From Acidimicrobiia bacterium (GTDB lineage: Bacteria > Actinomycetota > Acidimicrobiia > Spongiisociales > ZC4RG35): a DNA stretch of 64,000 nt. The DNA is taken from the NCBI GenBank assembly GCA_035281645.1, contig DATEDN010000145.1, positions 1,684 through 65,683 of the forward strand. The letters are read 5' to 3'. Position 1 is the first letter of the stretch, and each line of letters opens with the position of its first letter. Below the pieces are notes generated by a model that was not told the DNA's origin, did no database searches, and worked only from the letters and a program-made list of their open reading frames with translations. A program made the position numbers and the translations under genes. Shown piece by piece: positions 13,040 through 22,827 of this stretch.

Positions 13040-13875
13040 GTGCTGCCGACAGCTGGCGGCGACAACTCGAAGACTGGAGGATTCCCGACGCCCTGCTGGC
13101 GGCGGTTGAGGAATCGCCTTATGGCTGGTCCAAGCAGCTGTGGAAGCGGCGGGCAGCCAGGGCCATCGAGGCCGACCGGACCTCGCCCACTCTCGATGTA
13201 GTCAGAGACCTGGCGAACGGGGGTTCGGTTCTCGACGTCGGTGCCGGGACGGGTCGAGCCTCCCTCCCTCTGGTTCGGGACGGGTATCGAGTGACCATGG
13301 TCGAGCCCGATCAAGCCATGCTCGCCGGCCTTGATGAACTCAAGGCCGACGTCGAATTTGAAGTCGTGGTCGGGCGTTGGCCGGAGGTGGCTAGTGAGAT
13401 ACAACCTCACGCCGTCGCCCTGTCCGCTCATGTCGTCTACGACGTCGCCGAGGTGGCGCCGTTTCTCCTCGCCCTCGACCGGTCAGCCACAAGGGGGGTG
13501 GTGCTGGAGCTGACGCCCACCCACCCCTGGGTCAATCTCGGTCCTCTCTACCGCGAGCTCCACGGTCTCGATCGACCCCTGGGCCCGACCGTCGATGACC
13601 TGGCCGCCGTGGTCAGAGAAGGGGTGAGAGTTGAGCCGGTGATCCATCATTGGACTCGACCCACCGACATGGTGTTTGACACGGCCGAGGAGGCGATCGA
13701 ATTCACCGCCCGCCGCCTGGTTCTCCCTCGGGGCCGTTGGTCAGAGCTCGAAGAGCGTTTGCTGCCTCGGCTGACTGGAAGGGCCGGTCACTGGCAGATC
13801 GAACCGACCGAACGGGAGCTGTGCACTCTTTGGTGGCGGTCTAATTCCCCCAAAGGCGGAGCCCCGCCGGAATAG
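13036..13875 (+). CDS. Class I SAM-dependent methyltransferase
   Basis: GTGA start/stop overlap with the PIG-L gene. Motif I VLDVGAGTGRASLPL. Confidence 0.75.
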   Translation: MSAADSWRRQLEDWRIPDALLAAVEESPYGWSKQLWKRRAARAIEADRTSPTLDVVRDLANGGSVLDVGAGTGRASLPLVRDGYRVTMVEPDQAMLAGLDELKADVEFEVVVGRWPEVASEIQPHAVALSAHVVYDVAEVAPFLLALDRSATRGVVLELTPTHPWVNLGPLYRELHGLDRPLGPTVDDLAAVVREGVRVEPVIHHWTRPTDMVFDTAEEAIEFTARRLVLPRGRWSELEERLLPRLTGRAGHWQIEPTERELCTLWWRSNSPKGGAPPE

Positions 13876-13887
13876 CCTTCCCGAAAC

Positions 13888-15486
13888 GTGCTGGTAGCCC
13901 GCGACGTCCGCCTCGAGGTTGGGACCCGGCTCCTCGTGGAGGGGGCCTCCTTCAGCCTGCAGCCAGGAGACAAGGTGGGCCTGGTGGGCCGCAACGGGGC
14001 CGGCAAGACCACGCTGTTGCGGACCCTGGCCGGTTATCACCAACCGACCTCCGGTTCCGTACTCCGTTCGGGGAATCTCGGCTACTTCTCCCAGGAGGCT
14101 GTGCTGCCGGATCTCGAGCGACCGGATGTGACTGCCTTCGAACGCATCCTCTCGGCCCGCCAAATCGGTGTGCTTCTACGTCGCATCGAGGAGACCAGAA
14201 AGAAGATGGAACGGCTGGACGGCGAGGCCCGTGATGAGGCCATACGGCGTCATGCTCGGCTCCAAGACGAATTCGATACCAAAGGTGGGTACGTGGCGGA
14301 GGCAGAAGCCAAGCAAGTGGCCGCCAACTTGGGCATCGGCATGGCCGAACTCGAACAGGGTGTGGCGACCATGTCGGGAGGGCAACGTCGACGGGTGGAA
14401 CTGGCTCGCATCCTTTTCGCCGAAACCCAGACGCTGCTGCTCGACGAGCCCACGAACCACCTTGACCTCGATGCCAAGGCGTGGCTGGTGGAATACCTTT
14501 CGGCTTACCGGGGCGGGATGCTCCTCGTGAGCCACGATCTGCCGCTCCTCGACACCGCCATTACTTCGGTGCTCGATCTCGATCACGCCCGTCTTGAGGC
14601 ATATCGGGGGAATTACTCGAGCTTTGTGGTCGAGCGAAAGAAGCGGCGCCAACAACGAGAGCGAGAACGGCGCCACCAGGACGAAGCGATCGAGCGCCTG
14701 GAAGCGAATATTCGTCGATTCAAGGGCACCACCGAGAAGATGGCCAAGACCGCTCGTGCTTGGGAGACGCGAGTCGAGCGAATGAAAGCGGAGCTGGTCG
14801 AGGTCCATAAGGGCGGCAAGAAAGTTGCAGTCCGGTTTCCCCAACCAGATCCCTCGGGGGTGATTCCGCTATCCGCCACCAATCTGGCGAAGTCCTTCGG
14901 CGACAACCTGGTTTTTCTCGATGTCGAGGTAACAGTCGAGCGCGGCGAACGTCTCATCATCATCGGCCTCAACGGTGCTGGGAAAACGACCCTGCTCCGA
15001 ATTTTGGCCGGGGTGGAAACTCCTGATTTGGGCGAGGTCAAACTCGGGCACAACGCGAGCCTCGGCTATTACGCGCAAGAACACGAGCAGATCCGCCCCG
15101 GGGTAACGGTCCTCGACCACGTGAGGTCGGTTTCCGATCAAACCGATCTCGTGTTGCGTACCCTCCTCGGCCACTTCTTGCTGGCCGACAAGATCGACCA
15201 GGACGCCTCGACCTTGTCGGGGGGAGAGAAGACAAAGCTTGCCCTGGCCATGGTCGTCCTAGCTCGCCCAAATGTGCTGCTTCTCGACGAGCCCACGAAC
15301 AATCTCGATCCTCAGGCGAAGGAGGCTCTGCTCACAGCCCTAGATCGCTACGAGGGAACGATCATCCTCGTCAGCCATGACACCGACTTCGTCGCTTCGC
15401 TCGGACCGGAACGCGCCATCCTGATGCCGGAAGGGAAGAGCCACTACTTCGACGACTCCCTCCTCGACTTGGTCGCCCTCGCCTAG
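13888..15486 (+). CDS. ABC-F family ATPase (two ABC domains, no TM domain)
   Basis: GTG start. Walker A GRNGAGKTT and GLNGAGKTT, signatures LSGGQRRRV and LSGGEKTKL, and a charged inter-domain linker (RKKRRQQRERERRHQDE). Confidence 0.93.
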   Translation: MLVARDVRLEVGTRLLVEGASFSLQPGDKVGLVGRNGAGKTTLLRTLAGYHQPTSGSVLRSGNLGYFSQEAVLPDLERPDVTAFERILSARQIGVLLRRIEETRKKMERLDGEARDEAIRRHARLQDEFDTKGGYVAEAEAKQVAANLGIGMAELEQGVATMSGGQRRRVELARILFAETQTLLLDEPTNHLDLDAKAWLVEYLSAYRGGMLLVSHDLPLLDTAITSVLDLDHARLEAYRGNYSSFVVERKKRRQQRERERRHQDEAIERLEANIRRFKGTTEKMAKTARAWETRVERMKAELVEVHKGGKKVAVRFPQPDPSGVIPLSATNLAKSFGDNLVFLDVEVTVERGERLIIIGLNGAGKTTLLRILAGVETPDLGEVKLGHNASLGYYAQEHEQIRPGVTVLDHVRSVSDQTDLVLRTLLGHFLLADKIDQDASTLSGGEKTKLALAMVVLARPNVLLLDEPTNNLDPQAKEALLTALDRYEGTIILVSHDTDFVASLGPERAILMPEGKSHYFDDSLLDLVALA

Positions 15487-15491
15487 AACGA

Positions 15492-15537
15492 AACCTAATG
15501 CTATAGGCCGCGGTTACCGCCCCCTATAGCATTAGGT
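15492..15537. terminator. Perfect 16-bp inverted repeat (AACCTAATGCTATAGG / CCTATAGCATTAGGTT, 14-nt loop) between convergent genes
   Basis: Read directly from the sequence. Conspicuously AT-rich for this DNA. Lies between the ABC-F stop (15486) and the CBS gene stop (15549). The bidirectional terminator role is inferred. Confidence 0.55.
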
Positions 15538-15548
15538 TCGCGGGGCTT

Positions 15549-15971
15549 CTAGTTGTTGGACGGGGCCTTGCTGATGTCGGCCAGGGCCGAGGATGGGTCC
15601 TTCTCGATTGCCAGGTCGCCGAGGGAAACGATGCCCACCAGATTGTCACCGTCGACTACCGGGAGGCGGCGGATGTTGTACTGGCGCATGGTCGAAACCG
15701 CCTCTTCCACCGGCTGGTCCGGCGCGAGGGTGATCGGGTCGTGATTGCAGACCTCCTCTACCGTCGCCGAGCTGGGATCGAGACCCTCGGCCAGACCTCG
15801 CACCACCAGATCACGATCGGTTACGAGACCGCAAAGGGTCCCATCGTTTCGCATGACCAATACGTCGCCAATTTCTTGATCTCGCATCATCTGGGCTGCT
15901 TCGTTGAGCGTGGCCGTGGTCATGACCCCGTAGGGATTCTTGGTCATCACTTGAGCGATCTGCTGTCCCAT
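15549..15971 (-). CDS. CBS-pair domain protein
   Basis: 140 aa with two CBS repeats (IGDVLVMRNDGTLCGLVTDRDLV and IRRLPVVDGDNLVGIVSLGDL). Confidence 0.88.
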   Translation of the reverse strand: MGQQIAQVMTKNPYGVMTTATLNEAAQMMRDQEIGDVLVMRNDGTLCGLVTDRDLVVRGLAEGLDPSSATVEEVCNHDPITLAPDQPVEEAVSTMRQYNIRRLPVVDGDNLVGIVSLGDLAIEKDPSSALADISKAPSNN

Positions 15972-15981
15972 AACTTCTCCT

Positions 15982-16314
15982 TCACGAACGGGAGTCGACG
16001 GCCTTCTTCAATTCGGCCTTGCTCATCTTGGATCGACCCTTGATGTTCTTGTCCTTGGCTTCCTCATATAGCTGATCGCGGGTTCGGCCTCCCGGGCCTG
16101 TGTGGGAGCGCTGGCCCCCCCGGCGGCTAGGCGACATGTCCTCTCGTGAAAGTCGAGATGACTCTCTGGCCTCGCCCTCCTGCGCCCGGGTCTTGTTCAC
16201 CGTTCGGGCAGCTATTTCTTCCGCCTTGCCCTTGGACTCTCCCCGATCGAGGAGCCCTTCTTTGATGTGCTCGTACTGCCGTTCCCGCTTCTTGCTCCAA
16301 GCTTGTTGCGGCAT
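15982..16314 (-). CDS. Rho_N/SAP-like domain protein (small basic protein)
   Basis: Start at the Met of MPQQAWSKKRERQYEHIKEG. C-terminal KGRSKMSKAELKKAV resembles the Rho termination factor N-terminal helix motif. The upstream part of the ORF-track ORF was rejected. Confidence 0.62.
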   Translation of the reverse strand: MPQQAWSKKRERQYEHIKEGLLDRGESKGKAEEIAARTVNKTRAQEGEARESSRLSREDMSPSRRGGQRSHTGPGGRTRDQLYEEAKDKNIKGRSKMSKAELKKAVDSRS

Positions 16315-16408
16315 AACTCTCTCCTTACCTCCGTTCCCGGGAGATACCCGCCCAGGATTGCCACCAAACCGGGGAAGGGGTGGGCTGAGAAAGGTACCTT
16401 CGGGCCCG

Positions 16409-17089
16409 ATGACCGATACCAAATCGCTCGTCGAATTCGTCCAATCCCAGCTGAGCGCTCTGGCCGACCCCGCCCGGGCCGCGCCGATGGCGGCCTATAT
16501 GAAGACCGAGATGGCCTTCTACGGCGTTCCCAAGCCCGAGCGGGTTCCGATCGGCCGGGAGCTCAAGAGGCGCTTTGCCCCGGCGAATGCCAGCCAGTAT
16601 CGGGAGAACGTCCTCACGTTGTGGAACCTGCCCCACCGGGAGGAGAAGTACCTGGCGATCGGTTACGCCCGCCAGTTTTCGGCTTTTATTGAATTCGCTC
16701 AGATCGATCTCTACGAGCGGCTGATCATCGAAGGCGCCTGGTGGGACTTGGTCGATGAAATTGCCAGCCCGATCGTCAGCAGGGTGGTTCTCAACCATCG
16801 ATGGCAGATGCGGCCGGTGCTCGAGGGTTGGATCGAGAGTCCGGTGATGTGGCTGCGGCGGTCGGCAATCATCTGCCACAACGGACACAAGGAAGCCACC
16901 GACTGGGACCAGCTCTCAGACTTCTGCCTCCGGCGGGCTAGTGAGACCGAGTTCTTCATCCGCAAGGCAATCGGTTGGGCGCTCCGCGAATACGCCCGGG
17001 CCAATCCCGACGCCGTGCGCACGTTCCTTCGGGTCCACGGGAAAAAGCTGTCGGGCCTTTCCTATCGGGAAGCAGCCAAGCATCTCTGA
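16409..17089 (+). CDS. DNA alkylation repair protein (AlkD/AlkC-like HEAT-repeat family)
   Basis: ATG 16409. Family-like blocks AYMKTEMAFYGVPKPERV, WWDLVDEIA and EFFIRKAIGWALREYAR. Confidence 0.8.
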   Translation: MTDTKSLVEFVQSQLSALADPARAAPMAAYMKTEMAFYGVPKPERVPIGRELKRRFAPANASQYRENVLTLWNLPHREEKYLAIGYARQFSAFIEFAQIDLYERLIIEGAWWDLVDEIASPIVSRVVLNHRWQMRPVLEGWIESPVMWLRRSAIICHNGHKEATDWDQLSDFCLRRASETEFFIRKAIGWALREYARANPDAVRTFLRVHGKKLSGLSYREAAKHL

Positions 17090-17173
17090 TCGACGAAATC
17101 GGTTATCGGGAACCCCACAGGTGCCGACCGGCGTCGTAAAATTCGAACCAGGAGCAATTACGGGCAGGAGGGC

Positions 17174-17569
17174 ATGGATCACTCACCGGTGACGCCGACG
17201 ATCAGATTCGTCGACCTCGATGAGGCGGTTGGCTTCTATCGCGACCGCCTCGGGTTCAAAGTCGAACGGGGCGATGTCCAGCAGGGCAATATCGCCATCT
17301 CGTTCGAGGGCCTCGAGATCATGCTCGAGGGAACCCGCGACTTCTACGGCGAGACCTACAACACCGCCATCAAGAATCGCATCGGTCAGCAATCGCCGAA
17401 CGCCCTCTACATCGAGACCGACGACGTGGATGGCCTCTATCGCCAGTATCAGGCGGAGAACCTCCGCATCATCGATCCGGTTGCCGACCGCCCCTGGGGC
17501 CAGCGGGAGTTCACAGTCGAAGACCACCTCGGCAACTGGCTTACCTTCTGGCAGTTGCTTCCCGACTAG
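17174..17569 (+). CDS. VOC-family protein (glyoxalase/bleomycin-resistance fold)
   Basis: 131 aa with VDLDEAVGFYRDRLGFKV and C-terminal PWGQREFTVEDHLGNWLTF. Confidence 0.8.
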   Translation: MDHSPVTPTIRFVDLDEAVGFYRDRLGFKVERGDVQQGNIAISFEGLEIMLEGTRDFYGETYNTAIKNRIGQQSPNALYIETDDVDGLYRQYQAENLRIIDPVADRPWGQREFTVEDHLGNWLTFWQLLPD

Positions 17570-17621
17570 CAACGCCCCCCAGCCCCGTTTCTTCCGCGTC
17601 TCCCCAGATAAGGTGGCGTGG

Positions 17622-18809
17622 ATGTCTGTATATCTCCGCCTCGGCGAGGTTCCCCCGAAACGTCACACCCAGATGTGGCGCCAGGACCGACTCCTCACCG
17701 AGCAAGTGATGGGCATGGAAGGGTTCTCGGGGAACTATTCAATCCTCTACCACCTGCAAACGCCGTGCCGGGTGATGGCGCTGGGAGGCTTTTCCCCGAT
17801 ACCGAAGGAAGAGTGGGTCCCCGACCAGCACCAGCACATGCTCTTCTCCACCGGCGAGCTTCCTGCCAGTGGCGACCTGGTCAGCGGACGGCAGCTACTG
17901 ATGTGGAACAACGAAGTCGAGATCTGGTTCTGCCGGCCGGCGCTTGCTCAGGACGGTTACTACCGGAATGGCGAGGGTGACGAGGTGATCTTCGTGCATG
18001 AGGGGGGAGGGGTAGCGGAGACGATTTTCGGGCGGCTGCCCTACCGACAGGGCGACTACCTCGTCATCCCCCGGGGGACCACGTACCGGCTGGTGCCGGA
18101 GGGCGATCAGAAGTATCTGATCTTCGTCTCCCCGGGCCAGATCGAGATCCCGCGCCGTTACCGGAACGAATACGGGAACCTGCTGGAGCACGCTCCCTAC
18201 TACCACCGCGACCTGCACGGACCGGCCGAGCTGATGACGCACGAGGAGCAGGGCGAGTTCACCGTGACCGTGAGGGTGCGGGGAGGCCTGCAGCGGTACG
18301 TCCTCGACTATCACCCCTTCAACGTGGTCGGTTGGGATGGCTTCGTATATCCGTGGACGTTCAACGTGGCGGATTTCGAACCCAAATCGGGCCGTCTCCA
18401 TCAGCCGCCACCAGCTCATCAGACCTTCGAGGGACCGGGCTTTGTCATCTGTTCTTTCTGCCCGCGCCGTCTCGAATGGGATCCGGAGGCGGTCCCCATT
18501 CCCTACAACCACTCCAACCTGCAGTCAGACGAGATGATTTATTACGTGTCAGGCAACTTCGAGAGCCGTAAGGGCATCGAGGTCGGTTCGATCACGCTCC
18601 ACCCCTACGGGATACCCCACGGACCGCAGCCCGGTCTGGCCGAGAAAGCACTCGGCGCCTCCAGCACCCAAGAGCTGGCGGTCATGTGCGACACCTTCCG
18701 GCCGCTCCGACTCGGACGCTTCGCCAAGACGATCGCCAACCTCGACTACATGTTCAGCTGGTACGAATCTGCCGACTCGACGCCTCCCGAACCCGGGACC
18801 ATCGCCTGA
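17622..18809 (+). CDS. hmgA: Homogentisate 1,2-dioxygenase-like cupin dioxygenase
   Basis: ATG 17622 lies 5 nt after AAGGTGG. N-terminus YLRLGEVPPKRHTQMW...VMGMEGFSGNYSILYH resembles HmgA. The ORF-track start at 17220 overlaps the VOC gene and was rejected. Confidence 0.78.
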   Translation: MSVYLRLGEVPPKRHTQMWRQDRLLTEQVMGMEGFSGNYSILYHLQTPCRVMALGGFSPIPKEEWVPDQHQHMLFSTGELPASGDLVSGRQLLMWNNEVEIWFCRPALAQDGYYRNGEGDEVIFVHEGGGVAETIFGRLPYRQGDYLVIPRGTTYRLVPEGDQKYLIFVSPGQIEIPRRYRNEYGNLLEHAPYYHRDLHGPAELMTHEEQGEFTVTVRVRGGLQRYVLDYHPFNVVGWDGFVYPWTFNVADFEPKSGRLHQPPPAHQTFEGPGFVICSFCPRRLEWDPEAVPIPYNHSNLQSDEMIYYVSGNFESRKGIEVGSITLHPYGIPHGPQPGLAEKALGASSTQELAVMCDTFRPLRLGRFAKTIANLDYMFSWYESADSTPPEPGTIA

Positions 18810-18817
18810 ACCACAGA

Positions 18818-19846
18818 ATGAACCAGATGCAATTGGGAATGATCGGTCTCGGGCGGATGGGAGCCAACCTGGTTCGGCGGCTGATCGGGGGCGGGCACGA
18901 CTGCGTGGTCTTCGACGTCAATCCCGAACCCGTGGCCGAATTAGTGGGCGAGGGGGCGGTGGGAGCCGACTCGCTGGCTCACTTCGTCGCCCAACTCCGA
19001 CCCCCGCGAACGGTGTGGATCATGATCCCAGCCGCCTTCGTCGACTCCACGCTCGAGGAGCTCGCCGTCCTGCTGGATCCCGGCGATGTCGTCATCGACG
19101 GCGGGAACAGCTTTTTCGAAGACGACATTGCCCGCCAAAAACGTCTGGCGGAGCGAGAGATCGTGTATCTCGACATCGGAACCAGCGGTGGGGTTTACGG
19201 GCTCGAGCGCGGTTTTTGCCTGATGATCGGGGGGGATACCGAGACCGTTCGCCGGCTCGAGCCCATCTGGAAGACCCTGGCCCCCGGAATCGAGGCGGCT
19301 GGCCGCACCCCGGGGAAACAGGGTGAACCCGGACCGGGGGAGATGGGCTATCTCCACTGCGGGCCCACGGGCGCGGGACATTTCGTCAAGATGGTTCACA
19401 ACGGGGTTGAGTACGGGATCATGGCTGCATACGCCGAAGGTCTGGCGATTCTCGAGCGAGCCGACCTCGGGTCGGCAAACCGTCGTCAAGACGCCGAAAC
19501 CGCGCCCCTCCGCCATGCCTGGAGGTACCAGTACGAGATGGACCTGGCCGCCATCTCCGAGGTATGGAGGCGGGGGAGCGTCGTCACCTCGTGGCTTCTC
19601 GACCTCACCACCCAGGCTCTAGCCGCTGACCCAGATCTTTCCGACTTCGCCGGGCACGTTTCCGACTCCGGCGAAGGGCGGTGGACGGTCCAGGCCGCGG
19701 TAGACCTGGGCGTGCCCGCCACCGTGATCGCCGCCGCCCTGCATCAACGCTTCGCCTCCCGTGACGAGGGTGACTTCGCCGACCGGGCCCTCTCGGCCAT
19801 GCGCAAGCAGTTCGGGGGCCACGTTGAGGTTCCCGCAGGTGGCTGA
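18818..19846 (+). CDS. gnd: 6-phosphogluconate dehydrogenase, short (YqeC/Gnd-like) form
   Basis: ATG 18818. NAD(P) fingerprint [15 protein letters not shown], plus [22 protein letters not shown] and [16 protein letters not shown]. Confidence 0.88.
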   Translation: MNQMQLGMIGLGRMGANLVRRLIGGGHDCVVFDVNPEPVAELVGEGAVGADSLAHFVAQLRPPRTVWIMIPAAFVDSTLEELAVLLDPGDVVIDGGNSFFEDDIARQKRLAEREIVYLDIGTSGGVYGLERGFCLMIGGDTETVRRLEPIWKTLAPGIEAAGRTPGKQGEPGPGEMGYLHCGPTGAGHFVKMVHNGVEYGIMAAYAEGLAILERADLGSANRRQDAETAPLRHAWRYQYEMDLAAISEVWRRGSVVTSWLLDLTTQALAADPDLSDFAGHVSDSGEGRWTVQAAVDLGVPATVIAAALHQRFASRDEGDFADRALSAMRKQFGGHVEVPAGG

Positions 19847-21227
19847 AGCCGATGCCCTCCTCCTCTTCGGCATCTCCGGAGATCTCGCCAAGAAGAAGCT
19901 TTTTCCGGCCCTCTACGACCTGCAGGCTTCCGGGCACCTCAAGATCCCGGTGGTGGGGGTGGCGGCCACGGATTGGACCGACGAGGATCTCCGGCGGCGG
20001 GCTCGAGAGTCGCTCGAAAGTGCGGCGAAGAAAATCGACGAGGAGGTCCTGGCCGATCTCTGCAATCGGCTCCACTACGTGGCGGGCCAGTACGAGGATC
20101 CGGACATCTATGAGCGGGTGGCGGAATGCGTCGGCAAGACCGAGATGCCCGTGTCGTACCTGGCGATCCCCCCTGCTCTTTTTCCTACCGTCGTCCACGG
20201 CCTGACGTCGGTCGGACTCAACCGGGGTCGTGTGGTGGTCGAGAAGCCTTTCGGCCGCGATCGGGCCTCCGCCCACGCTCTCAACCTTCTCCTCCACGAG
20301 TCCTATGACGAGAAATCCATCTTTCGGATCGACCACTTCCTCGGCAAGGAGCCGGTGCTCAACCTCCTCGTGTTTCGCTTCGCCAATGCTCTCTTGGAGC
20401 CGGTTTGGAATCGCCATTACATCGACAACGTGCAAATCACCCTGGCTGAATCATTCGGCGTCGACGGCCGGGGATCTTTCTACGACGGGGTCGGAGCCTT
20501 GAGAGACGTCGTCCAGAATCATCTACTGCAAGTAGTGAGCCTGCTGGCGATGGAACCTCCTATATCCGACAAGGCCGACGCCCTTCGGGACGAGACCGTC
20601 AAGGTCCTCAAGACAGTCACTACCTTTCGTCCCGATCAGATCATTCGCGGTCAGTACCGGGGTTATCTGAACGAGCCCGGTGTGTCTCCCAACTCGACCA
20701 CCGAAACCTTTGTCGCCCTCGAACTCGAAATCGACTCCTGGCGATGGGCAGGGGTGCCGTTTTACGTTCGGACGGGAAAAGGGCTGGCAACCACGTTGAC
20801 CGAAGCTGTGGTCGAGTTCAAATCGCCACCTCACATGTTGTTCGCCGCTGACAATCGAGTTCCCCACGCCAACACCCTCCACTTCCGGATGCATCCCGAC
20901 TACCTCATAGGGCTCAGCCTTCAGGCCAAACGGCCGGGTGAAAAACTCGTGTCCCATGGTGTCGATCTCGATGTGCAGACCGAGCGGGAGATCGGAATCG
21001 AAGGTCCCGAGGCATATGAGCGTTTGCTCGGGGACGCCTTGGCAGGGGATCAGCGTCTCTTTGCCCGGGAGGACTCGGTGGAGGAGGCATGGCGGATCGT
21101 CGAAGCGGCGATCGAGAGCCCCGGGCGACCCGAGGTCTACGACATTGGCTCTTGGGGGCCAACTGCGGCCACCTATCTCGTGGGACACAACCACCACTGG
21201 CACGCCGGAGAGAAGATTTCCGACTGA
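19839..21227 (+). CDS. zwf: Glucose-6-phosphate 1-dehydrogenase
   Basis: GTG 19839 overlaps the gnd end by 8 nt. Motifs [19 protein letters not shown], the active-site RIDHFLGKE, and VQNHLLQV. Confidence 0.93.
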   Translation: MAEADALLLFGISGDLAKKKLFPALYDLQASGHLKIPVVGVAATDWTDEDLRRRARESLESAAKKIDEEVLADLCNRLHYVAGQYEDPDIYERVAECVGKTEMPVSYLAIPPALFPTVVHGLTSVGLNRGRVVVEKPFGRDRASAHALNLLLHESYDEKSIFRIDHFLGKEPVLNLLVFRFANALLEPVWNRHYIDNVQITLAESFGVDGRGSFYDGVGALRDVVQNHLLQVVSLLAMEPPISDKADALRDETVKVLKTVTTFRPDQIIRGQYRGYLNEPGVSPNSTTETFVALELEIDSWRWAGVPFYVRTGKGLATTLTEAVVEFKSPPHMLFAADNRVPHANTLHFRMHPDYLIGLSLQAKRPGEKLVSHGVDLDVQTEREIGIEGPEAYERLLGDALAGDQRLFAREDSVEEAWRIVEAAIESPGRPEVYDIGSWGPTAATYLVGHNHHWHAGEKISD

Positions 21228-21802
21228 TGACGAGAGTGGTCTTGGTCCGGCATGGGGAGACGGAATGGACGATGAACCATCGCCACACCGGACGATCAGA
21301 CATCCCCCTCACGGACGTGGGGCGGGAACAGGCTCGATTGCTCGGTCGACGGCTGTCAGACTTCGATTTCGAGCTGGTCCTGACTTCGCCCGCCTTGCGG
21401 ACCCATGAAACTGCCAGCATCGCTGGCCTCGGTTCGTCGGCCGTCGCCGATCCCGATCTCTGGGAATGGGACTATGGGAAATACGAGGGTACGCGCACGG
21501 CCGATATTCGCCAGGAGATCGAGGGTTGGTCGGTTTGGACCCACGAGATCGTCGGCGGAGAGAGCCTCGAACACGTCGGCGAGAGATGTGACCGAGTGGT
21601 AACGCGCACGAGACGCGTGGAAGGCGATGTCGCCGTCTTCGGACATGCGCATGCCCTCCGGGTGCTGGCGGCGCGATGGCTTGGTCAGGGTCCGGTTTTT
21701 GGTGCCAACTTGGTCTTGTCGACCGCCTCGATATCAATTCTCGGTTTCGAACGTGAGATGCCGGCAATCCTCCTTTGGAACGAGGTCGCCCTCGAGAAAT
21801 AG
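21227..21802 (+). CDS. Histidine phosphatase family protein (phosphoglycerate mutase-like)
   Basis: ATG shares one nt with the zwf TGA. RHG motif LVRHGETEW, plus a second His in VFGHAHALR. Confidence 0.85.
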   Translation: MTRVVLVRHGETEWTMNHRHTGRSDIPLTDVGREQARLLGRRLSDFDFELVLTSPALRTHETASIAGLGSSAVADPDLWEWDYGKYEGTRTADIRQEIEGWSVWTHEIVGGESLEHVGERCDRVVTRTRRVEGDVAVFGHAHALRVLAARWLGQGPVFGANLVLSTASISILGFEREMPAILLWNEVALEK

Positions 21803-21816
21803 GCTTGCCGGGTCGG

Positions 21817-22827
21817 CTAATTGACCTGCCAGGTGCCGGCCGAGGAGATCAGTTGCGCAAGATCGCCCGGTCCCCGCCTGCCCTGGGCGTCGGCGAGCTG
21901 TTGGCTCATTACCGTCTCATACGTGGGACGGCGGACGCTGCGGAAGATTCCGAGCGGCGTCGGTCCGTAGGGGCCATGCGACAGCCGGGAGAGGGCGAAG
22001 GCGATCGTCGGATCGGATCGGTGCTGATCGTGGACCAGGATCCGGCTGGAATCGACGGCCGCCGTGTCCACGATCTGGGCGCGACCATCGTCAAAGATCA
22101 CCGCTCGATCACCGGTGGGGCCGAAGGTGATGGGCTTCCCATGGACGAGATCGATGCGGTTGATGGCCCTCTCATCCTTGCCGGTCAAGGCGAGAAAGGC
22201 TTTGTCGTTGAAGACGTTGCAGTTTTGGTAGATCTCGATGAAGGCGGTGCCTTGATGCTCATGGGCTGCCTTCAGGATCTCGGTGGTGTGGGTCCGGTCC
22301 ATATCGATAGTGCGAGCGACAAATGAGGCCTCCGCCCCAAGGGCCAGGCTGACCGGGTTGAACGGGTAATCGACCGATCCCATCGGAGTCGACTTGGTTT
22401 GCTTCCCGACCTCTGAGGTCGGTGAGTATTGGCCCTTCGTCAACCCGTAGATCTGGTTATTGAAGAGCAAGATCTTGAGGTTGAAGTTGCGGCGAAGGGC
22501 GTGGATCAGGTGGTTTCCGCCAATAGAGAGGGCGTCGCCGTCCCCGGTCACCACCCAGACCGAGAGATCCGGCCGGGTGGCGGCGATGCCGGAGGCGATA
22601 GCGGGAGCGCGGCCATGGATCGAGTGCATCCCGTAAGTGTTCATGTAATAGGGAAAGCGCGACGAACAGCCAATTCCGGATACGAAGACGATTTTCTCCC
22701 TGGGTACTCCCATCCCGGCCATGAAGCCCTGCACCGCCGCCAGGATCGTGTAGTCGCCACAGCCCGGGCACCAGCGCACCTCCTGATCGGTCTGGAAGTC
22801 AGCTCTTGTGTAAGTGGGGGTAGTCAT
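21817..22827 (-). CDS. korB: 2-oxoacid:ferredoxin oxidoreductase subunit beta
   Basis: ATGA overlap with the korA stop. Motifs RWCPGCGDY and the TPP-binding GDGDALSIGGNHLIHALRRN. Confidence 0.92.
   Translation of the reverse strand: MTTPTYTRADFQTDQEVRWCPGCGDYTILAAVQGFMAGMGVPREKIVFVSGIGCSSRFPYYMNTYGMHSIHGRAPAIASGIAATRPDLSVWVVTGDGDALSIGGNHLIHALRRNFNLKILLFNNQIYGLTKGQYSPTSEVGKQTKSTPMGSVDYPFNPVSLALGAEASFVARTIDMDRTHTTEILKAAHEHQGTAFIEIYQNCNVFNDKAFLALTGKDERAINRIDLVHGKPITFGPTGDRAVIFDDGRAQIVDTAAVDSSRILVHDQHRSDPTIAFALSRLSHGPYGPTPLGIFRSVRRPTYETVMSQQLADAQGRRGPGDLAQLISSAGTWQVN

Noticed and set aside
17220-17621. N-terminal extensions suggested by the ORF track for many genes (17220, 18686, 19761, 21089, 16100, 11568, 12080, 46846, 58155, 35830, 23118, 16422, 31183).
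   Set aside because: The extensions overlap the preceding well-supported gene and are Arg/Pro/Ser-rich. Internal ATG or GTG starts give canonical N-termini, SD spacing or 1- to 4-nt stop/start coupling.
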